Positions 36,091 to 49,099 of a stretch of 64,000 nt of DNA are shown here, in pieces. Every line of letters begins with the position of its first letter. Position 1 is the stretch's first letter. The DNA is from Tubulanus polymorphus (lineage: Eukaryota > Animalia > Nemertea), in the NCBI RefSeq assembly GCF_964204645.1, contig NC_134034.1:1361972-1425971 (forward strand), in the 5' to 3' direction. The position numbers and the translations under genes are program-made. The notes beneath the pieces were generated by a model. That model was given only the letters and a program-made list of their open reading frames with translations. It made no database searches and was not told the DNA's origin.

Positions 36091-37693
36091 AATACTGGAA
36101 CTCGTTCATTTTCAATTAACCAGCTCCAGTCAATCGGAGTCAAATTCTACCTTCCGATGAACTATGGGGCCAGAATATTGGAACTGAGTCCAGAACAACT
36201 GAGGAACGCCGGGTCCGAAATTATAGAACCATTTCCAGTAACTGCGGAACTCGGTCCAGTTATTGCGGAACTATAAGGCCAGTAATTGTGGAATTGACCT
36301 TCTGTGTTCTGAACTGTGAAGCTGAGTCCTGAACTGTGGAACTGGGTTCAGAACTGTGGAACTGGATCCAGAACTGTGGAACTGGGTTCAGAACTGTGGA
36401 ACTGAGTCCTGAACTGTGGAACTGGGTTCAGAACTGTGGAACTGGATCCAGAACTGTGGAACTGGATCCAGAACTGTGGAACAGTGTTCTGAACTGTGAA
36501 GCTGAGTCCTGAACTGTGGAACTGGGTTCAGAACTGTGGAACTGGATCCAGAACTGTGGAACAGTGTTCTTAACTGTGAAGCTGAGTCCTGAACTGTGGA
36601 ACTGGGTTCAGAACTGTGGAACTGGGTTCAGAACTGTGGAACAGGATCAGGAACTGTGGAATTTGATCGAGAACCGGGTAAATAATTCAACAACTTGGTC
36701 TCTATACATGAGAGTGATTTTATACGTAATTTCCTGATTAGGCAACGTCATTATCTTTACCTGTATTTGAAAGTTACTTAGTGAACACTTTCAGCGAAAC
36801 GGCGTTAATCCGAGATATTCGAGTCATTGCACGTGTGTAGTGTTACCGGTATGAGTCGGTAAGGGGATTACAGGGTATCGCTAGGAAAAGTTCTTCTCCA
36901 ATTCCTTAAGTATATAATTCCTCAGTCGTGATTTAGAAGTTAAAAACAACATATATTAGATAAAGGACGCGCGACCTCGCGTGAAATAACAACAAATTTC
37001 ACTTTTGATTTCATTTCTGGTGTCAGTGGTTCTTAATCCAGTTCTACAGTTGTGCGGGTTTAATTTGACTCTGAATCCAGTTCCACAGTTGTGTAGGTTT
37101 AATTTGACTCTGAAATCAGTTCCACAGTTGTGTGGGTTTAATTTGACTCTGGATCCAGTTCCAAAGTTGTGTGGGTTTAATTTGACTCTGGACCCAGTTC
37201 CACAGTTGTGTGGGTTTAACTTGACTCTGGACCCACTTCCACAGTTGTGTTGGTTTAATTTGGGCTCTGAACCCAGTTCCACAGTTGTGTGGGTTTAATT
37301 TGGGCTCTGAACCCACTACCATAGTTGTGTGGGTTTAATTTGACTCTGGACCCAGTTCAACTGTTGTTTGGGCTCTGAACCCAATTCCACAGTTGTGTTA
37401 CTTGTTCCCTCCCGTCCCGTCCCCTCCCTCTCCCATCCTCTGTCGACTGATGTCGAGTTAAAATCATCAAATATCGGATAGAGGTTATATTGATTAATTT
37501 GGATGGTTACCATGGAAACAGTGTCGTCTGTCGCTCCAAATAAGGTGACAAGGACCGTTAATTGTGTAATGTCAAAATTCAAGATCGTGTACCGGGCAGA
37601 CAGGAGCAGGCTGCGGTAAGCGAGGACAGATACACTAATAACCGATCCCACATAACAACGTGAATCGTTTCATTTCAATGACCGATTATTTTA

Positions 37694-37880
37694 CCAGCAG
37701 CAGCACCGGCAGCAGCACCAGCACCACCAGCAGCAGCAGCAGCAGCAGCAACAGCACCGGCAGCAGCACCAGCACCAGCAGCACCAGCACCAGCACCAAC
37801 AGCACCAGCACCAGCACAAGCACCAGCACCAGCACCAGCACCAGCACCAGCACCAGCACTACCAGCACCATCACCAGCTG
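37694..37880. repeat. (CAG/CAC)n trinucleotide/hexanucleotide microsatellite
   Basis: Visible directly. Confidence 0.95.
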
Positions 37881-40800
37881 CAGTCGACCCGAGCTGATTT
37901 CAGATTCATTAAAACGTGGTTTGTGACATGTCAATACAATCAGTGCCGTTACATCCCGTTACTTGTTTTTGCTTGTCTGACGGACGGTGAACGATCCGCC
38001 TAGCGCGCGCGCCAGGCTCTCTCTAATCAATCGAACGTTGCATGTCGAATGTCGTGTATTGTATTAAGCATTAATCGACATCCGATCCGGGACATCGTTA
38101 TCAACCCTTTACAATGCAGAAACAATGAAAACAAAATAGAGGAAAAAGTAATCCTCCTATGACGACATTGGGATCGATTTCATAGGAAAGACGGCTAATT
38201 CTAAAAATAGAATATAAAGAATACAATATATTAGGGAGATTCGTGCAGGAAGCCATCTTTTCTGGATGGATTTATAGACCGAAACCTGGTTACCTACACA
38301 TATCCCCCTTTGACGTCATTATTTACATTGTCTGTGAATGACTTTCTATGCGGAGGCTTTCCGGAAAGCGTGCAAGCTTTTGTTTACTTGCCCAACCCAC
38401 GAGAGAAAAGAAATAAACATTTTCAAGTTGTCGCGCGCTCGAAGGGAAAGGGTTAATATGTTCATTCAATTAGTTCTACTACTCGCGGGATTCGGTCACA
38501 TGTCACACCTCACAACTCTGCGGGGGGTTAAAAAGCACAATTCTCATCGGAACAACGAAAACTTCTAATTATAACGGAAGCGGAAATGTCAGGAGACCGA
38601 ACGGCAGAATGTAGATAAGAGTTATTGAAACCGGCTCTTACGTTGAGAGCGCCGGTGTTCAATTCGAGTTGGAGTCTTTTTCGATTGAAAATTGGGTCCC
38701 GGTGGAATCAACCGGGGTTAAAGAAAGGGGGCGCCACTGTGCGCAGGGAAAATAAAAAGGTGCACAAGGAAAAGATGGGAGCCCTATTAGAACCTGATTT
38801 TTGTATTCGCATCGAAAATATGAAAATCTAATCACAAGTAGGTCATTTGATGACGTCATAGGTGGATATGGTTAATTCGACAGTGGTTCAAATTGGTTAA
38901 ACGATGTCTCGGATAGGGTTCGGTTTAACAAAAGGAGGCGCCACAGTCGTTGCCCTAGTGATTGAGTGGAACTGGGACGAGTAGGTAACCCTCATTAAAC
39001 ACTCAACACTCAACGCTCAATAATCATCAATCTTTTTTTAAATAACCGGTAATTTTTGCATTTATATCACGTGGTATCATTAGTTATAGTTAATAATTAT
39101 AGTAATGATAATAATATAATAATAATGATCATAATTAATAATATTTACATCATATTTCTGAATTAATATAGCGCTTTATGTTTTATTTACAAATTATCGT
39201 AAGTCATGACTCTCAATAAATGACTAATACAAACTAGTCATTAGTTATACATTAAGCATAGCTAATGACTAAATGTATTAGTCATTTATCGTTTATCGTT
39301 TATCATTATTTACAAATTTATTCTAATATCGCGCGAAACGTTTCAGAAAAGCGAACGAGTCTCGATATACACCACGCCCCCGTTAATCAACCGTTTTTTT
39401 TTCAAAATTCAAAAGTAACCGCCATTTTTTCACATTTCTGACACGTTTTCGACGCATGTTCCTAATTTATGGATGTTGTTTTTCGCGTGTCTGAACAGCC
39501 TATAAAAATAAATACACATATGATAATATATACGACTTGTTTGTAAAATATGTCAACATCAAATTCAAGAATAAAAAATGTCTCGGAAAACATGCCCGAC
39601 AACCCGGGTGTCCCACCAGATGGCGTACCGGACCGTAAGTCTAAGAATATTCATTTTCGAAAAACTTTCGTCTCGGTTTTTCTTAAGTCAAACAATAATC
39701 GTCTTGGCGCCACCTAGCGGCTTACGAGTCTCATTAACGATCTCACTACCGCGTTCTGGCGGGTCCTCGATTGTCGGCGTCGATTTTCCCAAAACCTGAC
39801 AAAAATAGCGGTAACATTTTTTTTCAATGATAACAAACATTTTTACAATTGGATGATTGCTGATGCTGTAACAAACCCTGTTAATTGAAAAATCAAAAAA
39901 TCCCTGCCAATCAAACCTTTAATCGATTCAAAATGGCCGAAACCTCATCTGGAAGTAAGGGCAGAGTCTTGCCTGGCTATTCCGATCTCACAGATGCGTT
40001 CTGGTGGCCATTTTCCAATGAGCATTATCGAAAGTTTAAAGTATGTTCTCTGAAATGGACCCGGTCCCTAAACTTGTAACTCTTACATCCACAATCCAAG
40101 TTCGCAGTTTTCGACAGAAATACGTTTTCCTAATTTTTGAAAACGAACGAATTCGTTTATTCCGTGACCTGTTCAAACTTCTCTACCCAGACAGAGTTTT
40201 GCAAAACTGATCGTGGGTTCGAATCCCAATTTTCGAGGACGTTAACAGCGCACGAATAGCCGACAGGCGCACGTCCCACACGCGTGCATGTCACAGGCGC
40301 ATGTTACGAATAACGGTTAGATGACGGCGACGATGAGTGCTGTAAACGATGAAAATGACGATGACAGTTAAATAGTTTCACACACGTAAGCACACAAAGT
40401 TATCGTTTCGTATTTCAACATTTCTACTACATGTCATGATCGGGCCATTTAAAAAATATAAGTTCATTTCGTTAGACTAACGATGAGATAGTACCATTTC
40501 ATTAATTACTACACAAAGAAATGTCACGACCTTTAAACGCGCGTAGATTCAACGACGAAAAATATTCACGATTCAAAGAAAAACAAAATTCGTTTACAAA
40601 TCCAGACTTTAGCTACCATCTAAAAATGAGAGAAACAATCAGTCCATTACTTCGTTGTAGCCCGATTTGAATGAGTATATATGATAATATAAAGTCGGAT
40701 TTTCGTTCAGGCTTAGGCTGGTTACTTCCTAACGAAGCGGCGCTGTATTCAATTCTATAGTGGTTTATGAATTTTGCCAAAAATTCCAATAATGCAGGTT

Positions 40801-41059
40801 CGAATCCCGAATTTTGACATTCTTAGAAAATCAAATCACAATAACGTAACTCTGCCATTCTATACAATAATTAATGCAGATTCGAATTAATTATTCTATG
40901 AAAAATTAACCGTAACGTTATTTTGGCATCCTTTGAAAAATTCACTAAGACAGGTTCGAATCCCCAATTCTCCCATCCTATAAAAATTCGCTCGAACGTA
41001 GGTTCGAATCCCGAATTTTCGCCTATAAAAATTATACTATTCCCTCTGGGCTGCTGCTA

Positions 41060-42763
41060 CTATCTCCGCCGACCGCCGCGCGTTCGGTATTTCCCGAACA
41101 GAATCTTACGGAATGCGTTACGAAAATCGGGATTGAAAATCGTGTAGATGATCGGATTCAGTAGACTGTTGAAGTAACCGAGCCACAGTACGATACTGTT
41201 CAATATTTTCGGAAAAATATCTTTGCCGTTAGGCTTATAGAACGGTCCGACGAGCGCGATAAGAAAAAACGGCACCCAACAAAACACAAACGCGCCGGTT
41301 ATAATCGCCAGCGTTCTGGCCGCTTTTCGCTCGCGTTTGTGCTCGATTTTCTCGCGATTTCGATCTTTCGGTTTTTCGGTTTTCGTTTTAGATTTCGCCG
41401 GCGCCGCCGCCGTCACCGCCGCGGGCGCGTTGTTACCGTCTTTATGATGGCGGTGATGGTGGTTCCGTTTACCGCCGCTTGATTTGACGACCGTCCTCGG
41501 CTCGGGAACGGTAAGCGAGTTCGTTTTTGCATTGTACGACACTTTGTGGTCGTATTGATGGGAGTTTCCCTGGACGTGATTGTTCGAGTCGTTATTGACA
41601 ACGACCAGTGTCGAGTCTTCCACTTCGGCCAGACTTTCATCGTCTGCAGCCAAGTGAATATTGGAAGGCGGGTCGTCTGCGACCACGTCGGCCGCCAGTT
41701 TATTCGTATTATTCCGATTGGCGTCGTTTAAGTGCGGTAACGTTGTCGAGCCGTTACTCGGCTGATCTGGGCTATCACTATTGGAAGACGAAACCTGCGT
41801 TACGGTCACCACGTTCAACGTCTCCACCGGAGCCGTCCGCGAATTCGCGTCGTGGTTGATCGTCACCGATTTGGGCGGCGCGGCCGGCGAACGGGCACCG
41901 CCGCCGAATTTCTTTTTACGGATTCGGCTGCGGGCGGCGCGAAATATTTTCCAGTAGATTATCAACATGAAGAACAACGGCAAGTAGAATGCGCCCGAAG
42001 TGCTGAACACGGTGTATCCCCAATCCTGACTGATGAGACACTGCCCCGACACGTACGGGTTTTGGTGATTGTCTTTCCAACCGAATAACGGCGGAATCGA
42101 AATACAAATCGATATCGTCCACACGAGGATTATCATGATGATAATCCGTTTGGCCGTCCGTTGGCGGATATAGTCGACTTGCGTGACCGCCCAGTATCGG
42201 TCGATCGCTATGGCAACGAGGTGCAAAATAGACGCGGTGCAACACAAAACATCGAACGAAATCCACATGTCGCAAACTTCAGCTCCCAGAAACCAGTTCG
42301 TCGTCACTTCCTGTACGGCGGATATAGGCATGACTAGTGTCGCCACCATCAAGTCGGCGACCGCTAGCGACATTACGAGATAGTTAGCGACGCTTTGTAA
42401 GTTCCGTTCGAGAATAATGGCGGCGACGACGAACACATTACCGATAATAGTCGACAGAATCATTAATCCCAGCACGATCGACGACACTAGCAAATGTGTC
42501 AGACTGAAATAAAGTTGACCATCGCCACCAGGGGCGCTGTGATTCGCGGTACCGTTCGTGCTGTAGGTGGCGTTCGTGTGGGAGAGGTTTACCAGGAATG
42601 TGTAATTCACGCCATCGAATGTGTCGTAATAGCCGACTGTATCGTCTGCCGAACTGTTCGGGTCGGTACCGACAGGCGGCACCACTAGTACGGCCGACGA
42701 GTGGTTACCGCTGACCTGTGTACCAGTGACGTATTCCATCGAACGCAGCTCACTGGTGGTCAT
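41060..42763 (-). CDS. 5-HT1: 5-HT1-type serotonin receptor (class A GPCR), single coding exon, ~567 aa
   Basis: GNVFVVAAIILERNLQSVANYLVMSLAVADLMVA; WISFDVLCCTASILHLVAIAIDRYW (TM3 Asp, DRY); CLISQDWGYTVFSTSGAFYLP; KRERKAARTLAIITGAFVFCWVPFF; LWLGYFNSLLNPIIYTIFNPDFR. The first in-frame ATG is at 42763; the ORF-track start 42790 is GTG. Probable 5'UTR acceptor at ~42883 and non-coding exon at ~43710-43827. Confidence 0.95.
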   Translation of the reverse strand: MTTSELRSMEYVTGTQVSGNHSSAVLVVPPVGTDPNSSADDTVGYYDTFDGVNYTFLVNLSHTNATYSTNGTANHSAPGGDGQLYFSLTHLLVSSIVLGLMILSTIIGNVFVVAAIILERNLQSVANYLVMSLAVADLMVATLVMPISAVQEVTTNWFLGAEVCDMWISFDVLCCTASILHLVAIAIDRYWAVTQVDYIRQRTAKRIIIMIILVWTISICISIPPLFGWKDNHQNPYVSGQCLISQDWGYTVFSTSGAFYLPLFFMLIIYWKIFRAARSRIRKKKFGGGARSPAAPPKSVTINHDANSRTAPVETLNVVTVTQVSSSNSDSPDQPSNGSTTLPHLNDANRNNTNKLAADVVADDPPSNIHLAADDESLAEVEDSTLVVVNNDSNNHVQGNSHQYDHKVSYNAKTNSLTVPEPRTVVKSSGGKRNHHHRHHKDGNNAPAAVTAAAPAKSKTKTEKPKDRNREKIEHKRERKAARTLAIITGAFVFCWVPFFLIALVGPFYKPNGKDIFPKILNSIVLWLGYFNSLLNPIIYTIFNPDFRNAFRKILFGKYRTRGGRRR

Positions 42764-44158
42764 AGCAACGCGAAACGACGCAACAATCACTAGCTATACA
42801 ATTCGAACGGGGAATACGATTTTTGACATTCGTCGTTATTTTCTGCGATTGGCCTTTCACGAAACCGTAACATCATCCGGCCCTGTAAGAAAAACTACCA
42901 ATGCGCATAGATTTCCAAAGACGTTCTTTTTTTGCCGTTTACCGTTTCAAATAACGCTAATATTCCTAACTGTTTCGGTTTTCTCCGTATCTAACGGTTA
43001 GTATTGTTGTCGTGGCTGCCGTCGTAACTAGGTATATCGTTAACGGTCGTCATTGTTGTCGTAACCGCCATGATTCAGTCGCGATGACGTCATTGGAGAG
43101 AGAAAACGACCACACCATATAAGTAGATCAGATTCAGTGGCAACAAATCTGGAAGTATTCATACAATAGTGGAAAATTGTACGTCGAATAAGATCGATGG
43201 TAGCGCGGATGGGTCAGTTGGTCAAAAATCAGTTTCAGTTAACCAGTGGTTAGCTGACAAAGTCCTGACTTGTGGTTCATTATAGCTAATTTTTGAACGC
43301 GCGGCCAACGTCCAAAAACAATTTACACAAACAAAGGAAAAAATAATTTAAAAAGCGAATTACGTCATGTAAGGTAAATCATATGTACGAATGCCAGCGT
43401 TACTGTTACACTTATAGAATTAATTAATTCATTTGTTTGCTTCAGACCGCGAAGGTCCATATAAAATAGTTCATACAAAATGCATCTTATTCAGTGAGTT
43501 GATTTGATTAAAAAACCTGTATCTAATCAATGAACTAATGAAAGCCAAAAGGTCTATGTGCGAAAAATCAGTTGCGTTAAGGTCAATGAGTAGACTATTT
43601 GAGCTGATAGGTAGTCTTGCACTGAGGAAGTTGATTTGATTTAATCAAAAATAGTTAAATTATTTCAGTTAACTAGCATAATGATTCCCGTAGCGTTTCT
43701 TGTACTTACGAAACTACTCTCAGCGCTGAAGACAGTTGGTCGATTCGGCTTGATCTACGTGATGGTCAGTGCGGTGGTCAGTGATGGTCAGTCTAACGAT
43801 CAATATGAAAACCAGTGTCCTGTCTTCCTGGAATTAGAAAACAAGGAGCAATCTATTTAGATCTTAGATATAAGATTTACGACAATATTGAAAAGTCACC
43901 GATACTTTAAGTCATCTTCAGGAAAACTAGTGTTTTTAGGTTGTATATTAACCCCTAGTTTGTATGACACTTATTTAGTCTTTTTGTTCTGATGGATGAC
44001 GAACAACTCCGCATTGTAAAAACTTGATAGAAGACCACACTTTTGATGAAAATAATTCCGACATATTTCCTCGATTTAGAAATCCGTCGTATCGACTATT
44101 TCCTAAGAGTGACCCGAAGATGTGTAAATGTCGTCAAGAAATTTCACCAGTTTAAGAT

Positions 44159-44334
44159 TATTCTGAAGATGACTATTAGGATATAGTCGAACCGTTGAAT
44201 AAACTACACTAGCTCAAGGAATACAGTATTCCTGAAGATGACTATTAGGATATAGTCGAAACGTTGAATAAACTACACTAGCTCAAGGAATACAGTATTC
44301 CTGAAGATGACTATTAGGATATAGTCGAAACGTC
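44159..44334 (+). ncRNA. Three tandem 69-bp units, each carrying a minimal type I hammerhead ribozyme motif (PLE/retrozyme type)
   Basis: Unit 2 reads UAUUC-CUGAAGA-U-GACUAU(UAGGAU)AUAGUC-GAAA-CG-UU-GAAUA, giving helix I, the conserved core, helix II and a palindromic ACGU helix III. Cores start at 44163, 44232 and 44301. Confidence 0.75.
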
Positions 44335-47028
44335 CGATAAAATTTAAGCTCAATGAAACATTTGGATCTATGTTCAGCCTTCACTCACAGTATGATTATG
44401 TATGTATTTACGTATCACCAGAACGGCGTGTGTTCTACACAAATGAAGTCGATCGTCGTGGTTACATATTAACTGAACGAGCGTGCACGCGACAACAACA
44501 ACAGAGTTATCTTCTGCAACTCCGAGAACAACGGCGCACGCGCGCCAGTTACGGAACTTGCGAAATTAACGACACAACGGGACTCGACCCTCGTGACTTC
44601 CGCGTTGAAACTAGTACAGCGCGTACTATTCAACTTAATCAGATAATTTCCTATCGCAGCAGCGCGCACGGCACACATAATATATATATATAGTACCAGG
44701 GATACCTGATGATCTAAGCTACAGTTCACCCCCAAACTTATGATACGAGCCCCTGTGGGCGCACGCGTCGTTTATCCGTACGATTCAACTAAGATAGGTC
44801 GGAACCGGTGTTCTTGTATCCCGAATGTGGCAATTCAGGATTGACGACATTTAGGTTCCGCTTGAATCAGAAAACGAAGGCAAACAAATTTGCGTACGGA
44901 TAATTCGACCGACGCGCCATCTGACGGTGGAAGTAGGTCATTGACATCTCTGCTAGGTATGACGCAAGAAATTCGAAGTTTATTGACGTCGTTGGAGTCT
45001 ATACATTTTGATACAATTCTAAGAACAGTCAAGGTGGTCATATCTCAGTAATACAGTGCTGCTGACGTTTTGACATTTTCAATTATCAACTTGTCGCCTG
45101 TCTCCGACAGGTGTGCGCTGTCTCGCAAGTCAGTAAACGCCTGGTCGCTACGGGTAACAATAGCTGTGACGTAATGAGAGAATTGTCTCAACTCTTCGTT
45201 AGACACATTATTGGCTCGATGCCAACGTGACAAGGGTTGGTTTTATTTGAGCGAACGATTTAATGAAAAAACTAGGTGTGTATTTTCGTGGAACTTAGAA
45301 AGAGTTTATTTGGTTGTGTGGGTTTTATTTCACTCTAGATCCAGTTCCACAGTTGTGTGGGTTTAATTCGACTTGGGATCCAGTTCCACAGCTGTGACCC
45401 AGTTGGTCAAGAATCCTGAGTTACTTCGATTTTCGATTTCAAAATCAAACCTACTGTTTCACTCCCGGTTGTGGGCTTTGTAAGGGACACCATATCAAAA
45501 CAAATCAAACGAAATCTGCCAACCAAATAACAGGGTCAATCCCTTTTAAGGATGAGGAAGAGTCGATAGTTATATCGAATAATGGTCGACTTGATCTAGA
45601 CTACCCGTCGTATCTCAAAAAATTAATTTTTTACCAATCATTATGATGGGGGACACGCGTAGCAAAAATCAGGATTGTATTACTAACATATGAACCACGA
45701 CTAGAACCCTGTATGACGTATCTAAAATTTATGGGAAACACTTTTTTGAACTAATCGATCGAAGTTGAGATAAAATATATGAAATCATGAAGCCGTATCT
45801 CAAACATGTTAAATCTTCATCGCAACAGTGGAAAAGCCAAACAAGTTGAAATTGAGAAGAAAAAAAAATGGCTACCGAAAATGCGGAAAAGGATATCTGT
45901 CATTAAACAACACAGTCGAAGAGTAAATATCAGAGCATTAATTTATTTCCATTGAGTTGACAGGGAATAAGATGTTTGACCTGTGCGTCATTTCTTTCTA
46001 CGAAGTTTTGAACCTTAAAGCACAATGAATTGTTCGATGGTGATGAGGAAATTAAAGAACGCTTTAATGAAAAAGTTGAAATAGAGTCGAATTAAACCCG
46101 CGTCGCAATTTGTGGAAATGTAACCAGTTCCACGGTAGTAGGATCTAAACAATAGTCTCTGTTCTGCGAGATGTACGGTCGCTTTACATCAAATACACCG
46201 CACAAAGATTGACAACTTAACACCGGAAATAAAACTATTGATTTGATCAAACCGAACCCACAAGCAGACGAGCCGCAGCCGCAGCAGCAGCAGCTGCAGC
46301 TGCAGCTGAGAATTGACATCGTGGACGCGCGGGGCGGAGAGTAAAGCAAAAGTGATAGAATCAAATCAAACATCGAGAGAACGATAATGACTTCAATACA
46401 GCAGACGGATTTCTGTCTCAAACAATCGTAGATGATTCATCTTCATTCGAAGCGTCAGAATCCGGCGATAGAAATCGATTGTTTTTATTATAAATAGCAC
46501 ATTATCATCTATCAATCATTGACGTGGTACAGATTAACAGTGTGTGTGGAGCACGGGCGCGAGGGGGATCGGGTCTCACTCGGCCATTTGTCACTGGATT
46601 ATACCCGCCGTTAATGTGTCACTGTCTGATTGTATGAGAGTGTGTGAACACCTCATCCCTTTATCGCCTGATGTCTCTACATGTATTATCACCACTGTCT
46701 TGCAAGTTGTCACCAGATCCACCACTAGGTGGTGTCACCGCATTATAGATTTCATCTCTTTTTACCGCTTGGCTTTACAACATCACTTCTACCAGATGTC
46801 GTCTTCGGAACGCGACAGGTTACCGCATAATCACTGGTTCCTATATTCACCGATTGGTGTCGTCACTGTCATTTCAACACCGCTAGTTGTCGTGTGAGTC
46901 ATCCTCTTGGCGCCAGGTGTCACTACTGTCATTTCTCCATCGCTAGGCGCACTTATAACACCCATTCACCACTAGGTGTCGTTTTTTGGCTCAATCACCA
47001 GGTTTCATTCCTTTCCTCTAGTGGAAAT

Positions 47029-47292
<264 letters not shown>

Positions 47293-47999
47293 AAATAACT
47301 TTTTATGACTTCAGGGCAACGAAACACTCCGAAAATCATCAAGAGCTTCTTCTCTGTTCGAGACGACGAAGAAAGACCAGATGAGGCAATTCTTGAATCT
47401 AAATTGAAGACGTGCGCGATGTACGTCGAGTTCTGAAGAGAACGGAAAATTACTTTTTCTCCTGCCGGATTGTCGTTCACGGCGCAACGACGTTTGACAC
47501 GATACAGAAGAGCGGCGTCGACGACAATTTCACACGTCGGAATTCTATCGCGCGCCGCGACCTCAAAAGCCTGCCAGATATATCATATAATACAAAATGA
47601 TTATTTGACATATTGTATCACCTGCAGCGAATCTTTATTGCACGAACGATTCCGGTGTCGGTGATGACGTGCGGGGAGACGAGGCGGGTTCTGAAGTGCC
47701 GCGTTAATGCTGCGGTGTACCGCAAGGGAACCTTCTGGTGCTCCCACTATTTTGTTGACTAATCAAGGATATCCTATATTTTTCTTTTGGCTCAGTTTTT
47801 CCTGGGGCTAGAGCAACCACTTTTTGGGTTACGTTTTTTGTGCGTTGTTTGTCGCCATCGGACTAAAAAACCTAACTATAAAACGTTAAGAGAAGAAATA
47901 ATCGTTTCTTTTTAAACATGTCCTACTGTTTGCTAACGACACCTGGTGGATCTTCACTTGCCACTAGAGGAATCCTCCATTGCCGCAGTAGTTGATGTT

Positions 48000-48470
48000 T
48001 ACGATTACGATTACGATTACGATTTATTTACACTCCAACCATTTCCATGGTATATGGAGGAAAACTATTACACATGTATATACAAATATTTACAAAACAA
48101 CATTGAAGTGATTAAAATTTAGAGAATGAAAACGTAACAAAATATACATCAACTATTTAAAATACTATATATACTATTGGAGGGAACTATATACATCTAA
48201 GCCGGTCTTAATGAATTTAGCTAAGTTGACCGTTGGGTTTTTCAGAATATCAAGGATTTGTTCACAGGTAAAATATAGGACCCGACCCTAAATTCAAATA
48301 AACTAGTTCCTAAGTCATCACCAAGTTCTAATATATACTTCTCTAACCTAATATCATTTTTATATTGCCTAAAGTTAGTGTATATCGGATTAGTTTTTAT
48401 GGCAGATACAGTTTCTTGAAGGTGCTGGTCACGGAGTATCTGTTTTATTCGTTTTGAAAAAGATTTACTG
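48000..48470 (-). mobile_element. 5'-truncated non-LTR retrotransposon (LINE) 3' remnant inserted into satellite C
   Basis: KQILRDQHLQ...IYTNFRQYKNDIRLEKYI...LFEFRVGSYILPV resembles the ORF2 C-terminal region of LINEs. On the minus strand it ends in AATAAA followed by a (TCGTAA)n tail. Confidence 0.65.
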
Positions 48471-49099
48471 TTAGATGTCATACTGTACACGAGCGACACC
48501 TGGTGGATCCTCACTTGCCATGAGCGAAATCCTCTATTCCCGCAGTAGTTAATGTCCTACCACACATCAGCGACACCTGGTGGATCCTCACTTGTCACAA
48601 GTGGAATCCAATATTGTCACAGTTGGTGATGTCGTGATACACTTGTGGATCTTCACTTTGCCAGTATAGACGGTGGCGCCATCGTGTGTGTATAAATGTA
48701 ACTAACTCTGAGAATTCAATCTGATTATTTTAAATGATTCAGAACGACAACATTCAGCCAATGAGGGCTGTCGGGTTATCGATCGATGGTTGGTATCCCG
48801 CAGCACTTCGTTGCTAGAATGTCAACTTACACGAACACTGTTAGCTTAGTCTGCGTATAAACCCTTCGATCAGTACACATCACTCTCTCACTCTCATCAA
48901 AGTTCTTCATAAATGTCAAATATTAATACACAGAGTTGTGTTGTAATTGTTAAACTAGCTACAGGCGCGCACTGTGTGTGCATTAGAACTTCGATTAGTT
49001 AGTTGCAGAAACAACAACATGATCATCATTGTTATATATGCTCGTTCCGCGACAACCAGAGGCAGTTGAGGGGATAGAAAGGGAGGGCCGGGGAGGGGA

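Noticed and set aside
27350-42763. Neurotransmitter gene cluster (ChAT-like next to 5-HT1)
   Set aside because: Adjacency alone gives no evidence of co-regulation; it would need conserved synteny
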